Below are positions 61,061 through 64,000 of a stretch of 64,000 nt of DNA, in pieces. The DNA is from Candidatus Woesearchaeota archaeon (lineage in GTDB: Archaea > Nanobdellota > Nanobdellia > SCGC-AAA011-G17 > GW2011-AR18), in contig JAGVZW010000033.1 of NCBI GenBank assembly GCA_018302235.1, positions 434 to 64,433 on the forward strand, in the 5' to 3' direction. The translations under genes were made by a program, and so were the position numbers. Each line of letters begins with the position of its first letter. The first letter of the stretch is position 1. A model generated the notes under the pieces. That model had not been told where the DNA came from. It saw only the letters and a list, made by a program, of their open reading frames with translations, and did no database searches.

Positions 61061-61477
61061 AGTTTTAAAAATAAAAACTATAATATAAATTTAATCTTAT
61101 TTTAGAGCGTATTTAACCGAAAAATAACATTAATATGTTTTTTTCTAGACTTAAGAACAAAGTTAGAAGAAATAAAAATACTTGAAATTTTAAATGAATG
61201 GAAAAAAAAAATAATATTAAGTTTATTCCATTATGGAAATGGTTATTGTTAAATGAATAAATTTTATTTACAAGAATCAACTAAAAGCATTATTTCAATA
61301 AGATATTTTTCCATATAAAAAAAATATTAGGAAATTACACATCGTCAAATAAAAGAAAATATATATTAACAATAATAGAGATATTATATCACAAAATAAT
61401 TACAATACTAAGATAATAGATAGCTTACTGAAATCAAAGAATTATATTTAGGTCCAGTCAAAAATAATTCTATAAAA

Positions 61478-62221
61478 TTAAATAATATTCTTAATTTCTT
61501 TAAATATAACAGCAAAATTAGGAACTATAGAAACATAATCCTTCAATTCATTTGACCATAAATTTTCCATATCTTTAATCTTTAATAAAAAAGACTTAGA
61601 ATCATATTTTTGATTATAATATTTTAATTTTTTATTAATCAGACTAATATCAAATTTAACACCTTTTCTTAATAAAAAATAAAAATCAAATATGTCTCTT
61701 GGTTTGCTTCTATTCATTATTGTTCTTACCTTTTCAGCCATAATTTCTCTCTCATCCATTACTAAAATATTATATGGTCTCAAATCAGAATAAACAGGAA
61801 ATATTTCAATTAATTTAGGATCTAACAAAATACTCTCTCGTAAACTGATGTCTAATCGAAGAGTACATAAACTAACTAAACTATTTACATATAAAGGCCC
61901 TTTTATCTTAAAAATAAAATTTTTTCCCAAATTTTTAACTTCTTCAAATTTAGTCTCATATCCAAAATCAGTTAAAGAATTAGCTATCTTAGAAATTAAA
62001 CTAATATCAAAATCTTTTGTTTGTGTAAAATCCAAATCTATACTAAACCTATTCAAACCATAAATCTTCTGCATAGCAGTTCCACCCTTAAAAATTAATT
62101 CATTAGAAAAATATTGTGACAAAAAGATTAAAAATAAATGTTGTAAATAATCCTTTTCGACTTGTGCTAAATTAAATCCTATAACTGAACAATATTTATT
62201 TAATTCATTTTTAGTTATCAT
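61478..62221 (-). CDS. AbiEii/DUF1814-family nucleotidyltransferase (type IV toxin-antitoxin / abortive-infection toxin).
   Basis: IFKGGTAMQKIYGLNRFSIDLDF matches the conserved DUF1814 N-terminal block (GGTAL...RFSxDxDF). Confidence 0.65.
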   Translation of the reverse strand: MITKNELNKYCSVIGFNLAQVEKDYLQHLFLIFLSQYFSNELIFKGGTAMQKIYGLNRFSIDLDFTQTKDFDISLISKIANSLTDFGYETKFEEVKNLGKNFIFKIKGPLYVNSLVSLCTLRLDISLRESILLDPKLIEIFPVYSDLRPYNILVMDEREIMAEKVRTIMNRSKPRDIFDFYFLLRKGVKFDISLINKKLKYYNQKYDSKSFLLKIKDMENLWSNELKDYVSIVPNFAVIFKEIKNII

Positions 62222-62916
62222 TCCAATACCTCATTAATATTTAATCTCCATCTAACTGAGTTATTTTTGCTTTTTTTCAAATAAGGATTCAAAAGATCAT
62301 ATCTATTGTTAATTTTTACCTTTTTTGATATATCAATACTAATCAAATCCAATAAAAACCCCAATCTTTTTAACAAAACAATAGAATTCATCAGTAAAGC
62401 ATATTTTAATAATTTTTCAATATCAATTTTATTTTTTAAAACCTCAAAAGTCTCAGAAATTGGACAAAATTTAGGTAGATATAAAGAATCAATTATAGCT
62501 TTTTCTAACTCTGCAACAAATAAATAATTCTTTTTATAAATCATCTTTCTATAGCCAAAAACATTTTTTAAAACAACAAAATTAATAGTCATCTTATTAA
62601 AAATTAAAGATTTTTTTGGTTTAGAAGAAACAATATAAATAGTCTTAGGAATTTGTGTAGTCAAACCATAAATAGAGTAGGCACTAATAAAAGAGATATA
62701 TGACGGAAAAATCAAATTAGAAGCAACCTCATAAGGTTCATCAGATAGAGTATATTTATTTTTTTCTATCTCCGTAATAATATTCCTTTTTTTTAGTCTA
62801 TATATATACAAACGACTATACTCTTTATTTTTATTAATAATCTTAGAGATATCATTTAATGTTAGAACTGAAGTTTTCATAGTTTCAATTTTTTTTAAAA
62901 AATCAAGTGCTTGCAT
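62218..62916 (-). CDS. AbiEi-like antitoxin/transcriptional regulator partner of AbiEii.
   Basis: 232 aa. Its stop overlaps the AbiEii start by 4 nt. The N-terminal region is wHTH-like. Confidence 0.45.
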   Translation of the reverse strand: MQALDFLKKIETMKTSVLTLNDISKIINKNKEYSRLYIYRLKKRNIITEIEKNKYTLSDEPYEVASNLIFPSYISFISAYSIYGLTTQIPKTIYIVSSKPKKSLIFNKMTINFVVLKNVFGYRKMIYKKNYLFVAELEKAIIDSLYLPKFCPISETFEVLKNKIDIEKLLKYALLMNSIVLLKRLGFLLDLISIDISKKVKINNRYDLLNPYLKKSKNNSVRWRLNINEVLE

Positions 62917-63525
62917 AAAGATATATTATTCTTTAACTATTTAAACTTTTTTATTTAATAAAATTATCAAATAAGCTAACTATAACAAAACAAAAAGTTA
63001 AAAATAACTAATAAATTTAATAAAATTATCATTTATGATAATTATAAACAAAAATATAGTAATATAAATAGAGTACAACGACCAAAAAAAGTATCATTCT
63101 TCTTAGAAACATAGCTATGTAAGAACAAAATAAAACAATATTATAAGAATCCAAAATTTTCTTCAACTTTCTTAATAAACTCTCTAGCAACATTCAAAGA
63201 TTTTTTTACTTTTTCAAGATCTATAACTTCATTTCGTAATAAAATAACAATCTTCAATATTCATATCAAATCTTCTCCATATAAAACAATATGATTTCTC
63301 ATTATATTATCATAAAAAACCCTATCATTCCTTTTTATATTTTTCCATTTTTCTATAGACAAAACCTCTATATTTACTTCTTTTTCTAATTTTTGTTCAA
63401 TTATCTGAGTTTCTTTTAAAAAATCTAGATTATATATGAAATAGAAATTAATGGTTTATTAGAAACATTAAAAGAATTAATATTAATAACAAAAAATTTA
63501 GAAAAAAAGATAATATTCAATTCGC

Positions 63526-63927
63526 TCATGAGACTTTTTGAATATTCCTACAGAGATCACCCATTTCTGTATCATAATAAACTGCATATTGACCAAAAAC
63601 AGTTGGATCCTCCCTATCATCATCACAAAAGTAGTTCTGTACAGAGTTTACTTCCCATATTTCCAAATCTATATCCTCATGATTACATTCTAGTGTGAAG
63701 TCATCATTAGAAACATAACCCCTAACCTCAAGTTCTTCCATCACCACACTCTCCTCTAAAAGGTACAAATAAAAAACCTGCTCCCCATAAGAATGATCAT
63801 CATTAAGCTCCTGTACATTTTCTGGATACAAATAAGCTGCACGATCAGAATTTTCTACTTCATATTCCATATCATTATTCTCGTTTTTTATTTTACAACT
63901 AAAATTTCCAAAGTCATTATCATGCAT
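63526..63927 (-). CDS. Acidic hypothetical protein.
   Basis: 133 aa, rich in D/E/Y/N. No motif recognised. Confidence 0.25.
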   Translation of the reverse strand: MHDNDFGNFSCKIKNENNDMEYEVENSDRAAYLYPENVQELNDDHSYGEQVFYLYLLEESVVMEELEVRGYVSNDDFTLECNHEDIDLEIWEVNSVQNYFCDDDREDPTVFGQYAVYYDTEMGDLCRNIQKVS

Positions 63928-64000
63928 TAAATCATTATCTAAAGAAAAATATAAACCAAGATAATCATCAGAAAAATATAAATAAGCAGATTCAAAATTA

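Overview
This is a strongly AT-rich, densely coding archaeal segment. The best anchor is the minus-strand transcription/translation core cluster at 10961..19857, read right to left: rpoH, rpoB'' (498 aa) and rpoB' (600 aa) as a split B subunit, rpoA', rpoA'', rpl30e, nusA, rps12, rps7. Two tandem tRNA genes (Lys-UUU, Asp-GUC) lie just upstream of rpoH. Other hallmarks are TFE, fibrillarin, rpl15e, rpl21e with an Rpo4/RpoF-like gene and a DUF655-like neighbour, a TrmB regulator, archaeal-type ProRS, signal peptidase and a presenilin/SPP homolog. The gene content (split rpoB, class II LysRS, bacterial-type AspRS, small genes, many secreted Cys-rich proteins) looks like a small-genome DPANN-like archaeon; that is inference. 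All functional calls rest on motifs read by eye, with no database search. The items worth a second look are these. (1) A 1953-aa secreted, C-terminally anchored, Cys/Trp-rich repeat protein with dense N-x-S/T sequons, in an apparent operon with a CxxC-less DsbA-like protein and LemA. (2) A sigma-70-family-like protein with clear regions 2 and 4 in a clearly archaeal context, next to an AbiEi/AbiEii pair and a large HExxH secreted protein, which looks like an accessory island. (3) A 1.49-kb element with 24-bp terminal inverted repeats and an 8-bp direct duplication, carrying an archaeal-type AAA ATPase but no transposase. (4) tRNA-Asp and tRNA-Lys that both carry insertions inside the T-loop. 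(5) A class-II-like tRNA 5' portion with a long anticodon-loop intron and no detectable 3' T-stem or acceptor strand. (6) A ~462-aa LAGLIDADG intein in the P-loop of a small GTPase. (7) An apparently split glutamine-dependent AsnB whose synthetase domain is fused to a Dph6-like second PP-loop domain. (8) Apparent frameshifts in proS and in an acidic 27-nt-repeat surface protein gene.
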